A DNA stretch of 64,000 nt, taken from assembly GCA_016196625.1 (NCBI GenBank), contig JACPXH010000004.1, positions 1,711-65,710 of the forward strand, in the 5' to 3' direction. Positions 10,515-20,348 of this stretch are shown piece by piece. The translations under genes and the position numbers were made by a program. The notes under the pieces are model-generated. The model saw only the letters and a list, made by a program, of their open reading frames with translations. It made no database searches and was not told where the DNA came from. This stretch comes from Candidatus Parcubacteria bacterium (lineage in GTDB: Bacteria > Patescibacteriota > Minisyncoccia > JACPXH01). How positions within the stretch are numbered: position 1 is the stretch's first letter; each line of letters opens with the position of its first letter.

Positions 10515-13177
10515 GCGCCAACGGCGGCTTTCGCCCGCGGCGAGGACGCCACTTTTTTGGTGAGCGTAAACTCCCCCCGAGACACATCCACCATCACACT
10601 GTCTCCTTCCCGCACTTTGCCCTCAATAAGCTGCAGGGCCAGGGGGTCTAAGATTGTCCGCTGGATGATGCGCTTTAATGGCCGCGCGCCGTAAACCGGA
10701 TCGTTGCCCCGCTCGGCCAACAGTTCCTTGGCCGCACGGGTAACGTCAATTGAGACCCGCCGCACCTTGAGGCGCTCGCGCACGCGCAGAAGCTGCAGCT
10801 CCACGATCGCCGCAATGTCACGCTTAGTGAGCCGGTGAAAAATCACCACCTCGTCAATGCGATTCAAAAATTCGAGCTTGAAATACTCCGCCAAGAGATC
10901 CTTAATTCTTTCTTCTCGGCGCTCATCGGCTTTGCGCTCAACCTCCACATGATCCTTGGCCTCGGCAAACCCAAGTTCGGCCTTGGCCACGATCTCGTTG
11001 CCAATGTTGGAAGTCATAATGATAATCGTGTTTTTGAAGTTGACCGCCCGTCCCTTGCCGTCCGTAAGCCGGCCGTCGTCAAGAATCTGAAGCAGCATGT
11101 TGAACACCTCCGGATGCGCCTTCTCGATTTCGTCGAAAAGAACGATGCTGTAAGGTTTGCGGCGGATGACCTCGGTGAGCTGCCCGCCTTCTTCATAGCC
11201 CACGTAGCCCGGAGGCGAGCCCACGAGACGCGCGACGGAATGACGCTCCATGTATTCGGACATGTCGAGCCGCACCATGGCGTTCTCGTCGTTGAACATG
11301 AAAGCAGTCAGGGCGCGGGCAAGTTCGGTCTTGCCCACGCCCGTGGGCCCCAAAAAAAGGAATGAGCCGATGGGTCGGGCTTCCTCGGAAATGCCGGTTC
11401 TCGCCCGACGGATGGCGGCCGAGACGGCCTCCACCGCATGATTTTGACCGATGACGCGAGCCCGCAATGCCTCTTCCATCTTCGCCAACTTCTGGGCTTC
11501 GCCTTCCATAATCTTCGCCACCGGAATGCCGGTCCAGCGGCTGACCACCGCCGCGATGTCAGAAGGATCAACTTCTTCTTTCAGGATCTGACGCTTCTCT
11601 TGGATCGCCTGGAGACGTTTTTCCTCTTCGGTAAGCTCGCGCTCGAGCTTAGGCAAAACCCCGTAGCGCACTTCAGCCACTTTGGTGAGATCGCTTTGCC
11701 GCTCGGCAATTTCGGCCGCGGCGCGGTTAAGTTCGATCTGCTTTTTGGTCGCGCGAATTTTGGTGATGATTTCCTTTTCAGTCCGCCATTGAATTTCCAG
11801 CGCCTGGGTCTGCTCGCCAAGATCAGCGATGTGTTTTTGGATTCGCTTCAGTCGCTCCTTGGAAGCTGGATCTTTTTCCTTTTTGAGCGCTTCTCGCTCC
11901 ACCTCAAGGCGCATGATTTCACGATGGGCTTGGTCGAGCTCTTGAGGCATGGAATCAATTTCCATCCGGAGGCTGGAGGCAGCCTCATCAATGAGATCCA
12001 CGGCTTTATCCGGCAGAAAACGATCCGCAATGTAACGCTGGGACAATTCGACTGCCGAGACCAACGCGGGATCAGTTATGCGCACGCCATGATGCACCTC
12101 GTATTTCTCATTTAAACCCCGCAAAATTGCAACCGCATCTTCTGCGTTCGGCTCTTCAACGAGCACCGGCTGGAAGCGGCGCTCAAGCGCGGGGTCGCGC
12201 TCGATGTGCCGCTGGTATTCCTTCAGGGTGGTGGCACCAATCGCGTGCAGCTCGCCGCGGGCGAGGGCGGGCTTCAAAAGATTGGAGGCGTCAATGGCGC
12301 CCTCGGCCGCACCCGCTCCCACAAGCGTGTGCAGCTCGTCAATGAACAAAACGAACTTCCCTTCCGAGGCGTTAATCTCTTTGAGGAGCGCTTTAATGCG
12401 ATCTTCGAACTCGCCCCGATATTTGGTTCCGGCAACGAGCGCGCCCAGATCCAAGGCAATGAGCTCGCGATCCTTCAAGGTCTCGGGTACGTCTCCGGCC
12501 ACAATCCGTTGGGCGAGGCCCTCGACTATAGCGGTCTTGCCGACGCCGGGTTCGCCAATGAGTACGGGGTTGTTCTTGGTGCGCCGAGCTAAGACCTGCA
12601 TCACTCTCCGGATCTCCCGATCGCGGCCAATCACCGGATCGAGTTTCTTTTTGCGCGCGAGGTCCGTGAGATTGCGCGCGTACTTGTCCAGCACTTGGTA
12701 CTTTGACTCTGGCTCCGGATCGGTGACCCGCGTGCTGCCCCGCACTTCGGCCAGAATCCGGAGAATCAACTCATGGGTTACCCCTTGGCCCAACAGGAGC
12801 TGGCGCGCAGTTGACTCCACCTCGGCGAGTGCCAAAAGCAGATGCTCGGTGGAGATGAATTCGTCTTTAAAGTTTTGGGCTTCCTCACGGGCGCGCTCAA
12901 AGACCCGCCCGAGATCAGGCGTGAGGTACACCTGTCCGAACAGCACATTCGCCGTGCCTTTGGGGAGGCGCTCGACCTCTTCGGCCACGCGCCGGCGCAG
13001 GAGTTCTACGTCCGCTTCGAGCTTTTTTAAAATCATCTCGGTCGTGCCACTCTCTTGGGTGAGTAACGCTTCCAAGAGGTGCAAGACGTCAATCTGCAGC
13101 TGATTATGGCGCCGGGCAGCCTCGTGAGCGCGACCAATCGCTTCTTGGGCTTTGAAAGTAAAATTGTGGCCGTTCAT
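10511..13177 (-). CDS. clpB: ATP-dependent chaperone ClpB
   Basis: 888 aa. Clp N-domain, two AAA+ modules (GEPGVGKT and GPTGVGKT Walker A), and the coiled-coil M-domain. Confidence 0.9.
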   Translation of the reverse strand: MNGHNFTFKAQEAIGRAHEAARRHNQLQIDVLHLLEALLTQESGTTEMILKKLEADVELLRRRVAEEVERLPKGTANVLFGQVYLTPDLGRVFERAREEAQNFKDEFISTEHLLLALAEVESTARQLLLGQGVTHELILRILAEVRGSTRVTDPEPESKYQVLDKYARNLTDLARKKKLDPVIGRDREIRRVMQVLARRTKNNPVLIGEPGVGKTAIVEGLAQRIVAGDVPETLKDRELIALDLGALVAGTKYRGEFEDRIKALLKEINASEGKFVLFIDELHTLVGAGAAEGAIDASNLLKPALARGELHAIGATTLKEYQRHIERDPALERRFQPVLVEEPNAEDAVAILRGLNEKYEVHHGVRITDPALVSAVELSQRYIADRFLPDKAVDLIDEAASSLRMEIDSMPQELDQAHREIMRLEVEREALKKEKDPASKERLKRIQKHIADLGEQTQALEIQWRTEKEIITKIRATKKQIELNRAAAEIAERQSDLTKVAEVRYGVLPKLERELTEEEKRLQAIQEKRQILKEEVDPSDIAAVVSRWTGIPVAKIMEGEAQKLAKMEEALRARVIGQNHAVEAVSAAIRRARTGISEEARPIGSFLFLGPTGVGKTELARALTAFMFNDENAMVRLDMSEYMERHSVARLVGSPPGYVGYEEGGQLTEVIRRKPYSIVLFDEIEKAHPEVFNMLLQILDDGRLTDGKGRAVNFKNTIIIMTSNIGNEIVAKAELGFAEAKDHVEVERKADERREERIKDLLAEYFKLEFLNRIDEVVIFHRLTKRDIAAIVELQLLRVRERLKVRRVSIDVTRAAKELLAERGNDPVYGARPLKRIIQRTILDPLALQLIEGKVREGDSVMVDVSRGEFTLTKKVASSPRAKAAVGA

Positions 13178-13247
13178 TATCTAGCTGTTAGCTTCTAGCT
13201 TTTAGAAAGCGTCGGGGAAACATCTGACGATGATACCGCACGCGGAA

Positions 13248-13274
13248 GTAGCAGTCAAATGGTGAGAGTGCTAC
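13248..13274. promoter_or_regulatory. CIRCE-like inverted repeat (candidate HrcA operator) in the clpB-htrA intergenic region
   Basis: gTAGCAgTC-aaatggtga-GAGTGCTAc matches the CIRCE consensus TTAGCACTC-N9-GAGTGCTAA with a 9-nt spacer. Flanked by three copies of agctgttagcttctagc (two direct, one inverted). Confidence 0.4.
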
Positions 13275-13356
13275 TCTTGAGCTTTCAGCTGTTAGCTTAT
13301 AGCTTTTAGCTTCGGGCATTGACGATCGTCAGACCTAACAGCTAGAAGCTAAGAAG

Positions 13357-14580
13357 CTAGCCCTGCGGCCGTTCTACCAGTTTCGCCTTGACCGTAAACT
13401 CCGCCGACCCCCGCCTCACCTTAACCTCCACCTCGTCGCCAACCCGGTGCTGCTGAATGAGACGCGCCAGCGAATTCGCTGGGGTAATGCGCGCTCCGTC
13501 AAGCTCTAAAATCACGTCTCCCCCTTTGAGTCCAGCCGCCTCGGCCGGAGACCCTGGCGTTATAGCCGGCTCGTTGTTGTCTCCTGTGGTGATGAGCGCA
13601 CCGAAGTCAACTCCCAACTTTAGACGGTCAGCCACTTCTTTGGTAACAAGCGTATGCCGCACGCCAAGAAACGGCACGCTGATCTTGCCCAATGTTTTTA
13701 CATCCGCGAGATCCTTTTTGACCAACTGCGCGGGAATGGCAAACCCAATGCTCTGGGCGCCGATGACGGTCGCGGTATTCACGCCTACCACTTCGCCATC
13801 CAAGTTAAGGAGCGGCCCGCCTGAATTCCCCTGGTTGATCGCTGCATCCGTCTGGATCAAATTCTCCAGCTGCTCGGACACGCCCCCGCCTGATGCGGTG
13901 ATGGCGCGACGCAACCCCGAGACCACGCCCACCGAGACGGTGTTTTGGAACTCGCCCAACGCATTGCCTATCGCAATCACGGTGCGCCCAATCTCCAGTT
14001 TGTCGGAATCTCCCAGGATGAGAGTGGGAAAGTTGCTGCCCTCGATTTTGAGAATTGCCACGTCTTGGACCGGATCGCGCGCGAGCACTTTGGCTGGAAG
14101 GCGCCGTTGATCGTTTAGCAAGACGGTGTATTCAGCAACAGTATCAGCAACCACGTGTTTATTGGTAATCACGAGGCCGTCTTTCGAAACAATAAATCCA
14201 GAGCCAGCTCCGATCTGCTGCTTTTGCGTACCCCTCTGGCGCACCTCGGGAATCTGAATTTCCGGAAACAGATCGCCGAAACCTTCAAAAGGATTCACGA
14301 ACGTCTGCTCGAGCACCGGCAAATCCTTCGAGATAATGACCGAGACGACCGCCGGGGAGGCGCGCTTCACCACTTCCGCGATTTCCTCCTCGGTGGATTT
14401 TGCAATCGGCGTGGGGACGGGTGCCGCGTCCGGCTGCTGGGCCGATACGTTGCTCCGACCGGGTAACTGCAATGAAGGTCCGGCCGCGGGCTTGAGCCCT
14501 GACGCAATGAACAAACTGGACACCACGATCGCGGTGATGGCGCTCGTCGCAATGACGGTAAGGAAGGTAGAACGGTTCAT
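13357..14580 (-). CDS. htrA: HtrA/DegP-family serine protease with PDZ domain
   Basis: GSGFIVSKDGLVITNKHVV His-box and GNSGGPLLNLDGEVVGVNTA Ser-box. N-terminal TM. C-terminal PDZ. Confidence 0.85.
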   Translation of the reverse strand: MNRSTFLTVIATSAITAIVVSSLFIASGLKPAAGPSLQLPGRSNVSAQQPDAAPVPTPIAKSTEEEIAEVVKRASPAVVSVIISKDLPVLEQTFVNPFEGFGDLFPEIQIPEVRQRGTQKQQIGAGSGFIVSKDGLVITNKHVVADTVAEYTVLLNDQRRLPAKVLARDPVQDVAILKIEGSNFPTLILGDSDKLEIGRTVIAIGNALGEFQNTVSVGVVSGLRRAITASGGGVSEQLENLIQTDAAINQGNSGGPLLNLDGEVVGVNTATVIGAQSIGFAIPAQLVKKDLADVKTLGKISVPFLGVRHTLVTKEVADRLKLGVDFGALITTGDNNEPAITPGSPAEAAGLKGGDVILELDGARITPANSLARLIQQHRVGDEVEVKVRRGSAEFTVKAKLVERPQG

Positions 14581-14589
14581 GGGTGAGAA

Positions 14590-14640
14590 TGACGAATGCC
14601 TAATGACGAATGAATGTCGAATGTCTAATATCTAAAAAGA
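14590..14640 (-). promoter_or_regulatory. Direct-repeat element immediately upstream of the htrA start
   Basis: On the minus strand: cATTCGaCATTc-ATTCGTCATTa-ggcATTCGTCATTc directly precedes the ATG. Three TTCGxCA direct repeats with 11-15 nt spacing, typical of response-regulator binding sites. Confidence 0.3.
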
Positions 14641-14730
14641 CAGAACCTCTTCAATGCCCATAAACCTAGACGCTAAATGACGGCACCGAGTAACAAGGCA
14701 TCACTATTGTACCGAAAAACGAGTGCTGAT

Positions 14731-15771
14731 TCAATCGAGTTTGCCAACCCTCACTCCTATAAGCCGAACCGGCCGCTTGCCGAGAAACTGCCACAAGAGC
14801 TTCATGGTTGCGGCTTTGAGCGTGGGGAAACTCTGAGTGGCAGTTGGGAGCGTGCGGGATTTCGTATGCGTTTCAAAATCGGCGTACCGACACGTGACGG
14901 TTACGGTGCGAAAGTTCACCCTCTCTGCCATGATATCTCTGTGCACCTTTTCGGCGAGCTTCATCGCCGCGGCCAAGATGGGGCCGGGTTTTACGATGTC
15001 TTGTGCAAACGTGGTTTGCCGACCGATTGATTTTGCCTCTTCTGGCGCCTCGCTCACTGCCCGTTCGTCAATGCCGCGCGCCTGCCGGAAGAGCGCTCGG
15101 CCAAAGACGCCAAAAGTTTCGACCAACTCCGTCTCGGTATGCTCTTTCAGGTCGCGGACGGTCTGGATGCCGAGGCGTTTGAGATGTTCTTCGGTTTTGG
15201 GACCCACGCCGCGCAGCGCCCGCACGTGAAGCGGTGCAAGGAACGCCTCAACCATTTTCGGCTGCACCACGGTAAGGCCGTCGGGCTTATGAAAATCTGA
15301 TGCGATTTTGGCGACGAGTTTGTTTGGGCCGATGCCAACCGAAGCGGTAAGACGTTCCTGCCAAAAAATCGCCTGCTTGAGTCTTCGGGCGAATTGCTCT
15401 GCGACTTCAAAGCTGCCGCAGGAACTCAAATCAAGATACGCTTCGTCCACGCTTACTGCTTCAACCGCGCCGCCAATTTCTTTGAGCTCCCGCGTGAGCA
15501 GCGCCATGATTTTATCTGAAACCTCGCCGTAGAGCTGCCGGGGTCGGACGAACATCGCATAGGGACACTTGCGCCACGCCAAGGAGATCGGCATGGCCGA
15601 GCGAATGCCAAACTCCCGCGCTTTGTAATTCGCGGTTGAGACCACTCCACGACCGCGCCCACCCTCCGGATCCGCACCCACCACAATGGGCTTGCCATGC
15701 CATTCGGGATGCTCGCGCTCCTCGATCGCGGCAAAAAAAGCATCCATGTCCACGTGGGCTACAATTCGCAT
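14731..15771 (-). CDS. dinB: DNA polymerase IV (Y-family translesion polymerase)
   Basis: MRIVAHVDMDAFFAAIEE...KPIVVG and SVDEAYLD motifs. 346 aa. Confidence 0.85.
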   Translation of the reverse strand: MRIVAHVDMDAFFAAIEEREHPEWHGKPIVVGADPEGGRGRGVVSTANYKAREFGIRSAMPISLAWRKCPYAMFVRPRQLYGEVSDKIMALLTRELKEIGGAVEAVSVDEAYLDLSSCGSFEVAEQFARRLKQAIFWQERLTASVGIGPNKLVAKIASDFHKPDGLTVVQPKMVEAFLAPLHVRALRGVGPKTEEHLKRLGIQTVRDLKEHTETELVETFGVFGRALFRQARGIDERAVSEAPEEAKSIGRQTTFAQDIVKPGPILAAAMKLAEKVHRDIMAERVNFRTVTVTCRYADFETHTKSRTLPTATQSFPTLKAATMKLLWQFLGKRPVRLIGVRVGKLD

Positions 15772-15779
15772 ACAAACCT

Positions 15780-16714
15780 AGTTTAATCCGCACTGAACTT
15801 TTGTTCAACAGTTATCAACATTGACAGACAAGTGACCGGCCATACAAACTGAAATTAAGGCAGCTCCGCAAGGGGAGGACAGGCCCCCAATCCTGTCAGG
15901 GATGCCCGTCGGATACCCATTCTGATGGGTCCACTCGTAACCCCCTTGCCGGCCGCTGGTATCCAGCGGTCGAACACACTCTTGAGGAGCCTCCTCCCGT
16001 TCCTTGCCGCCCTCTCAACCAGATGCGTCCGCACATCTCCGCACTGGTGAGAGCCGCAGGCGCGCACGGGCAGCGTTCCCGCATCTCGCAGCGCCATCCG
16101 AGCGCAGGCACCGGATGGTCAGGCAGCGGGTGCACGCAACGCTGGAAGGCACTCCTCTGGTTGCCTTACCCCCGCCGGGCTTCGCCATCAGCGCGAAGCC
16201 CAAATTCTTTTTGATTCTAGAAGTAACTATCGTGTTGTTTTCATAGAACGAGTGCGCCCGAGCGGCGTCCGAGGCCGAGCGGGCATGGTGCCCGCCTAAG
16301 TTTTGTGAAGCAAAATTTAGGCGGGCGAGCGAGGCCGAGAAGCAGCGAAAATCCTCGCTGGGGATTTTCGCGTAGCGAGGGCGCACTCGTTCGATGATCT
16401 AGTACACGCGCTTGACATCACTTGAGAGTGGCGTAAGAATCAAATCGGCAAGGCGCCCTCCACCTCTCCTCGGAGAGTAACGGCGGCAGGCAGCAGCCGC
16501 AAAGCTGCCGAAGGTGTCGGCCTAGCCCAATACAGCAACCGTCGTCTGCCGCTAGCATCCAGCGGTTGAGCACCCCATAAGAGGAGGCTCCTCCTGTCCC
16601 TCTGTCTTATTTTACGAGGAAGGCGCCTCCGACCCATGGCCTTGCCGCTGGGCACCACGTCGCTGTGGTGCCCAAACCTTCTTTGAAAACCTGAATGCGA
16701 GGAGGTGATGACAA
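15780..16714 (+). ncRNA. Long ORF-free, hairpin-dense non-coding region upstream of the reverse transcriptase (candidate retron-like ncRNA region)
   Basis: About 930 bp with no credible ORF in a gene-dense genome. Two copies of a paired-hairpin module: CCGCTGG-tat-CCAGCGG plus GAGGAG-c-CTCCTC at 15947-16000, and CCGCTAG-cat-CCAGCGG plus GAGGAG-g-CTCCTC at 16541-16593. Additional hairpins include GGCACCAC-gtcgct-GTGGTGCC at 16648-16669. A second conserved motif ggcagcGGgtGCaCGCAAcGCTGgaagg recurs at 16105 and 16480. Confidence 0.35.
16240..16395. mobile_element. MITE-like palindromic element, copy 1 (shorter variant), inserted in the RT upstream region
   Basis: Terminal inverted repeats gaacgagtgcgccc (16246-16259) and gggcgcactcgttc (16379-16392). 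Core shared with copies at 28.3, 37.0 and 51.8 kb: gagcggc..ccgaggccgagcggg..gcgagcgaggccga..agcagcgaaaatcctcgctggggattttcgcgtagcgag. Confidence 0.6.
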
Positions 16715-17734
16715 GTGCAGCAGGCAAAACTCTCTCTCCCGCCGATGCCCGCTCCGTGGCCGGATGATTTCCGAACAGCGCTCGGCCTCGACGAAGCGGC
16801 ACTTGCCGACGCATGGTTGCACCGCGCCGACTACCAACCGCACCGCGTGCCCAAACGCAAGCCGCGCCGGATTGGACCGAAGCGCCAACCGAAGGCAATC
16901 AAGAAGAAGCGCCGGCCCATTGACGAACCGCACCCCGCGCTCCGGGTCGTTCAAGAGGCAATCCGGAAAAAACTTCTCAAACGGATTCCACTCTCATCTG
17001 CCGCACACGGCTTCCGGAAGGGACGGTCGGCAACAACCGCGCTCATCCCCCATCGGAAGTCCGCCGCGTTCTTCACGGTAGATTTCCGAAACGCCTTCCA
17101 CAAGGTAACGACGGCGATGCTCGCGGATGCGTTGCGCGAGTGCGCACCGATCATCAAACCGGATTGGGTCCCGCCGCTTGTCGCGTTCACCACCCACCGC
17201 GGCCGGCTGCCGCAGGGCGCGCCAACGTCGAATGGTCTGTTCAACATCGCCTGCCGCGGGCTCGACGCAAACCTTGCCGCCTTCGCGCAGACGAGAGGAT
17301 TCGCGTACACGCGCTACGCAGACGCGGTCATCATATCGGCAAAGGTGCCGCTGCCAACTTCGCTTCAGCGCGAGATCGAAGCGAAGATCCGAACGCACGG
17401 ATTCCCCCTTGCCGCGGAGAAAACCGGCTACACCGAACCGCGCTACGCGCATCCCGTCATTATGGGGATTGCGGTGGTTGCAGGACGGCTCCGCGTTCCG
17501 AGGCGCCAGCTTGACCGCGCCCGCGCGTTCCTGCACCGAGCTCGATACGATCCGGCGATCCCGATGAAGGTTGTGGAGGGCGTACTCGGCAATGTCCGCG
17601 GTCTCCTCGGCGGACTGCCCCAGCGACTCCTCAAACCCTACCGCGAACTCCTTACGAGCAGAAACCTGTGGGTACACCCGCGCCGGAGACGACTCGCACC
17701 TCCGTTGACTCCTTCAACTTCTTCACCACCGTAA
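16715..17734 (+). CDS. Retron-type reverse transcriptase, stand-alone, with non-canonical YADA active-site motif
   Basis: GTG start with GAGGAGGTGA RBS 7 nt upstream. Motif 1: IKKKRRPIDEPHPALRVVQEAI. Motif 2: HGFRKGRS. Motif 3: FFTVDFRNAF. Motif 4: LPQGAPTSNGLFNIA (Ec86 has LPQGAPSSPKLANL). Motif 5: YTRYADAVIISA (Ec86 has YTRYADDLTLSA). Motif 6: AEKTGY. 339 aa, retron size, no maturase or endonuclease domains. Confidence 0.8.
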   Translation: MQQAKLSLPPMPAPWPDDFRTALGLDEAALADAWLHRADYQPHRVPKRKPRRIGPKRQPKAIKKKRRPIDEPHPALRVVQEAIRKKLLKRIPLSSAAHGFRKGRSATTALIPHRKSAAFFTVDFRNAFHKVTTAMLADALRECAPIIKPDWVPPLVAFTTHRGRLPQGAPTSNGLFNIACRGLDANLAAFAQTRGFAYTRYADAVIISAKVPLPTSLQREIEAKIRTHGFPLAAEKTGYTEPRYAHPVIMGIAVVAGRLRVPRRQLDRARAFLHRARYDPAIPMKVVEGVLGNVRGLLGGLPQRLLKPYRELLTSRNLWVHPRRRRLAPPLTPSTSSPP

Positions 17735-17738
17735 AGCG

Positions 17739-17785
17739 CCCGATCCTCGCGATCGGGCGCTCTGTCTTTTTGCGGGGTCAGCGGC
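17739..17785 (+). terminator. Rho-independent terminator of the RT gene
   Basis: Perfect 11-bp stem AGCGCCCGATC-ctcg-GATCGGGCGCT followed by ctgtctttttgc. Confidence 0.65.
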
Positions 17786-17873
17786 AGTGTAGCGTGCACC
17801 CAACGAACTCAACATCTTTAAGCGATCGCTATAGAATGTTTTATTTGTTTTTCGACCTCGCCCCAACAACACT

Positions 17874-19241
17874 TCACACTCCCCTGCCGAGAAGCATAAT
17901 CTTCACAGTTTCCAACACGATGAGCGCGTCTAACACCAATGTCCGGTTCTTAATATAGTAAAGGTCATACTCAAGCTTCTCTTTCGAATCCTCCAGAGAA
18001 GCCGAGCTGAAAACATTGTTGACCTGCGCCCAGCCGGTGATGCCGGGCTTGGTCAGAAAACGCTCCTCGTAAAAAGGAATTTTCTCGTTCAAATCTTCGG
18101 CAAACTCCGGCCGTTCAGCGCGCGGGCCGATCAAGTTCATGTGCCCGAAGATAACGTTCAAAAGTTGCGGCAGTTCATCGAGATGGGTGCGTCGCATCCA
18201 GCGGCCAGCTTTCGTGATGCGCGGATCGTCCTTCTTGGTCCACGTAACTCCGGTGTCTTTCTCGGCGTTTGGCACCATGGAACGAAACTTGATGCACCAA
18301 AACGGTTGGCCGTAGCGGCCCACCCGGGTTGAGACGTAAAACACCGGACCGGGACTGGTCAGCTGCTGGCCCACGATGATGAAAGGCCACAGGGGAAGCG
18401 AAACGATGAACCCGGCCAAACCGACTGCAAACGAAGTCAACCGCTCAAATACGGATCGCGAGAAGCTGCGCGATTGAACTTCAAAAAACACCATCTCGGC
18501 CGGGCTCGTCCATGTAACCGGGAAGCGTCCGGTGAGCTCTTCGTACAGGTCTTGCGCCCGCACGACCCGGATGCCGCGCCGGCGCGCCACGGTAAGAAAC
18601 CGCACCTGCTGAGACGGCAACGCTCCGTCATGAGCAAGCGCGATCAGATGGATGCGCTTTTGCCGAAGCATCTCGCCGATCTCACGAAATAAAATCACCC
18701 TGCCCGAAACATTTGACACTTCATCGGGACTGGCCGCCACAAATCCTTCAAAGAAATAACTAATCTGCGTCTCGGGCGAAAGAATCTTAGCCACTGCCAG
18801 AGCCAACTGGCCCGTGCCGAACACCAGCACGTTTTCCCGCAGCACCGGCACCCGCACTACCAATCCAAACACCATCCGCCACGCGAATAGCAGCGCCACG
18901 GCGACAACCCCATAACTCAACAGGACTCGGCGCGAGAACTCCGGCGACCCCGGCAGAATAAACACAATAAACCCGACCGCGAGTGTTGCCAAGACCGCGG
19001 TCTGGCCCAACATTCGCAGACCCTTCACGTACTGGCGCGGAAACGCAATGCTGTACCCCTCTTGTAAAAAAATGATAATCGCCCACATGAGTGGAATCGC
19101 CGCCAGAAACAGGTAGTCGCGGCCGGGAATTTTTGCAAGGTACGTGGGGTAGGCAAAAAGCTGCGTGAGAAAAATCAAAATCAGCGCGAGGATGAATAGA
19201 TCCCCGATGAGCAGATAGAGTTGTTTGCGCAGTTGACGCAT
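17874..19241 (-). CDS. Polyprenyl-phosphate sugar phosphotransferase (WbaP/WcaJ-like bacterial sugar transferase)
   Basis: N-terminal TM helices. C-terminal sugar-transferase domain with DELPQLLNVIFGHMNLIGPRAERPEF and KPGITGWAQVN. Confidence 0.8.
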   Translation of the reverse strand: MRQLRKQLYLLIGDLFILALILIFLTQLFAYPTYLAKIPGRDYLFLAAIPLMWAIIIFLQEGYSIAFPRQYVKGLRMLGQTAVLATLAVGFIVFILPGSPEFSRRVLLSYGVVAVALLFAWRMVFGLVVRVPVLRENVLVFGTGQLALAVAKILSPETQISYFFEGFVAASPDEVSNVSGRVILFREIGEMLRQKRIHLIALAHDGALPSQQVRFLTVARRRGIRVVRAQDLYEELTGRFPVTWTSPAEMVFFEVQSRSFSRSVFERLTSFAVGLAGFIVSLPLWPFIIVGQQLTSPGPVFYVSTRVGRYGQPFWCIKFRSMVPNAEKDTGVTWTKKDDPRITKAGRWMRRTHLDELPQLLNVIFGHMNLIGPRAERPEFAEDLNEKIPFYEERFLTKPGITGWAQVNNVFSSASLEDSKEKLEYDLYYIKNRTLVLDALIVLETVKIMLLGRGV

Positions 19242-19362
19242 AACAATGCCTACTATTATTCAATACACTTCCGACGGCGTCAATATTCCCTCATCGGGCG
19301 CAACATGAAGACTCTCCTCGTAAAGACAACCGCCGCGCACCATCGGGTGCGCGGCGGGAACC

Positions 19363-19644
19363 TCAGCGAGAAGAACTCGCTTCGACCATGGCCGCGATAT
19401 CTCTCGGCAGTTCGTCGAGCCTGACCGAAACATCAAACTCCATCCCTTCCCTGGTGAGTAAAGCCGCGGTGCCAAGTTTCACGGCCTGGCCGCCCACTTC
19501 AAGGCAGCGACACGTGACGGGAATTTCTAGCGTTGCCTCACGACCCCCTTCCTCGGCCCACTTAAGCTTCGCGGTTATATCTGACAAAAGAACATGACCG
19601 TGTTTGCCCATCACCCGAATGACGACGTTGCTCGGCTTCTCCAT
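19363..19644 (-). CDS. Small hypothetical protein
   Basis: 93-aa ORF in a tight gene context between the sugar transferase and nth. No recognisable motif. Confidence 0.3.
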   Translation of the reverse strand: MEKPSNVVIRVMGKHGHVLLSDITAKLKWAEEGGREATLEIPVTCRCLEVGGQAVKLGTAALLTREGMEFDVSVRLDELPRDIAAMVEASSSR

Positions 19645-19658
19645 CCTTCACCCTCCCT

Positions 19659-20348
19659 TCAGCTAGGTTGTGTTGAGCCGGGAAACGTGAACGCTGCTGG
19701 GCAAATGTCGCTCAAGACGCACCGAAAACAAGCTGGCTTTTTAGCTTGACACGTGGCGCGTCCGTGCTCAATCAAGAGGTACGTGGTCTTAAACCAATCC
19801 CGCCGCGGGATCAATCCCATTAAATCTTGCTCGATCTTCACCGGATCGTCAAATCGGGTGAAGCCCAACCGCTGCGAGAGGCGCCGCACGTGGGTATCCA
19901 CCGCAATCCCTTCAACCACGCCATACGCATTGCCTAAAACCACGTTGGCGGTCTTGCGCGCGACACCCGGCACCTCGAGCAAATCTACCATGGTTCGAGG
20001 AACCTTGCCGCTAAATTTCTTTTCAATGAGTTTCGCTGCGGATAGAATATTTTTGGCTTTGTTGCGGTAGAAGCCCGTGGGTCTGATGTCGTGCGCAAAC
20101 TCTGAAGGATCGGCGCGTACGTAATCCTTGAGTGTCCGATACTTTCTGAAAAGCTTGTCCGTAACCTCGTTTACCTTTTTGTCGGTACATTGCGCTGACA
20201 GAATAACCGCAACTAACAGCTCCCAATTGTTCGAGTATCGAAGAACAATCCCGGCTTTGGGAAACGCGTGTTTCAACCGCCGGATAACCTCGGCGGCGCG
20301 CGTTTTTTTCTTGACAAACGATTCTTGCTTCAAATCAGATTTTGCCAT
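19659..20348 (-). CDS. nth: Endonuclease III (DNA glycosylase/AP lyase)
   Basis: HhH-GPD region LLEVPGVARKTANVVLG. Catalytic K/D. [4Fe-4S] cluster motif CQAKKPACFRCVLSDIC. Start taken at MAKSDLKQ; the ORF track extends further upstream. Confidence 0.85.
   Translation of the reverse strand: MAKSDLKQESFVKKKTRAAEVIRRLKHAFPKAGIVLRYSNNWELLVAVILSAQCTDKKVNEVTDKLFRKYRTLKDYVRADPSEFAHDIRPTGFYRNKAKNILSAAKLIEKKFSGKVPRTMVDLLEVPGVARKTANVVLGNAYGVVEGIAVDTHVRRLSQRLGFTRFDDPVKIEQDLMGLIPRRDWFKTTYLLIEHGRATCQAKKPACFRCVLSDICPAAFTFPGSTQPS

Noticed and set aside
16015-16386. Small minus-strand ORFs (including the RYAKIPSEDFRC-containing ones here and at 28083-28427 and 51760-51963)
   Set aside because: The conserved peptide arises because the ORFs read through copies of the MITE-like DNA repeat. 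The ORFs differ outside the repeat and have no start or RBS context.
15900-16600. Diversity-generating retroelement (TR/VR pair upstream of the RT)
   Set aside because: The two similar modules are only about 70% identical over roughly 50 nt. Their mismatches are not adenine-specific. Neither lies at the 3' end of a protein-coding target gene. The RT motifs (LPQGAP, YTRYAD) are retron-type rather than DGR-type.
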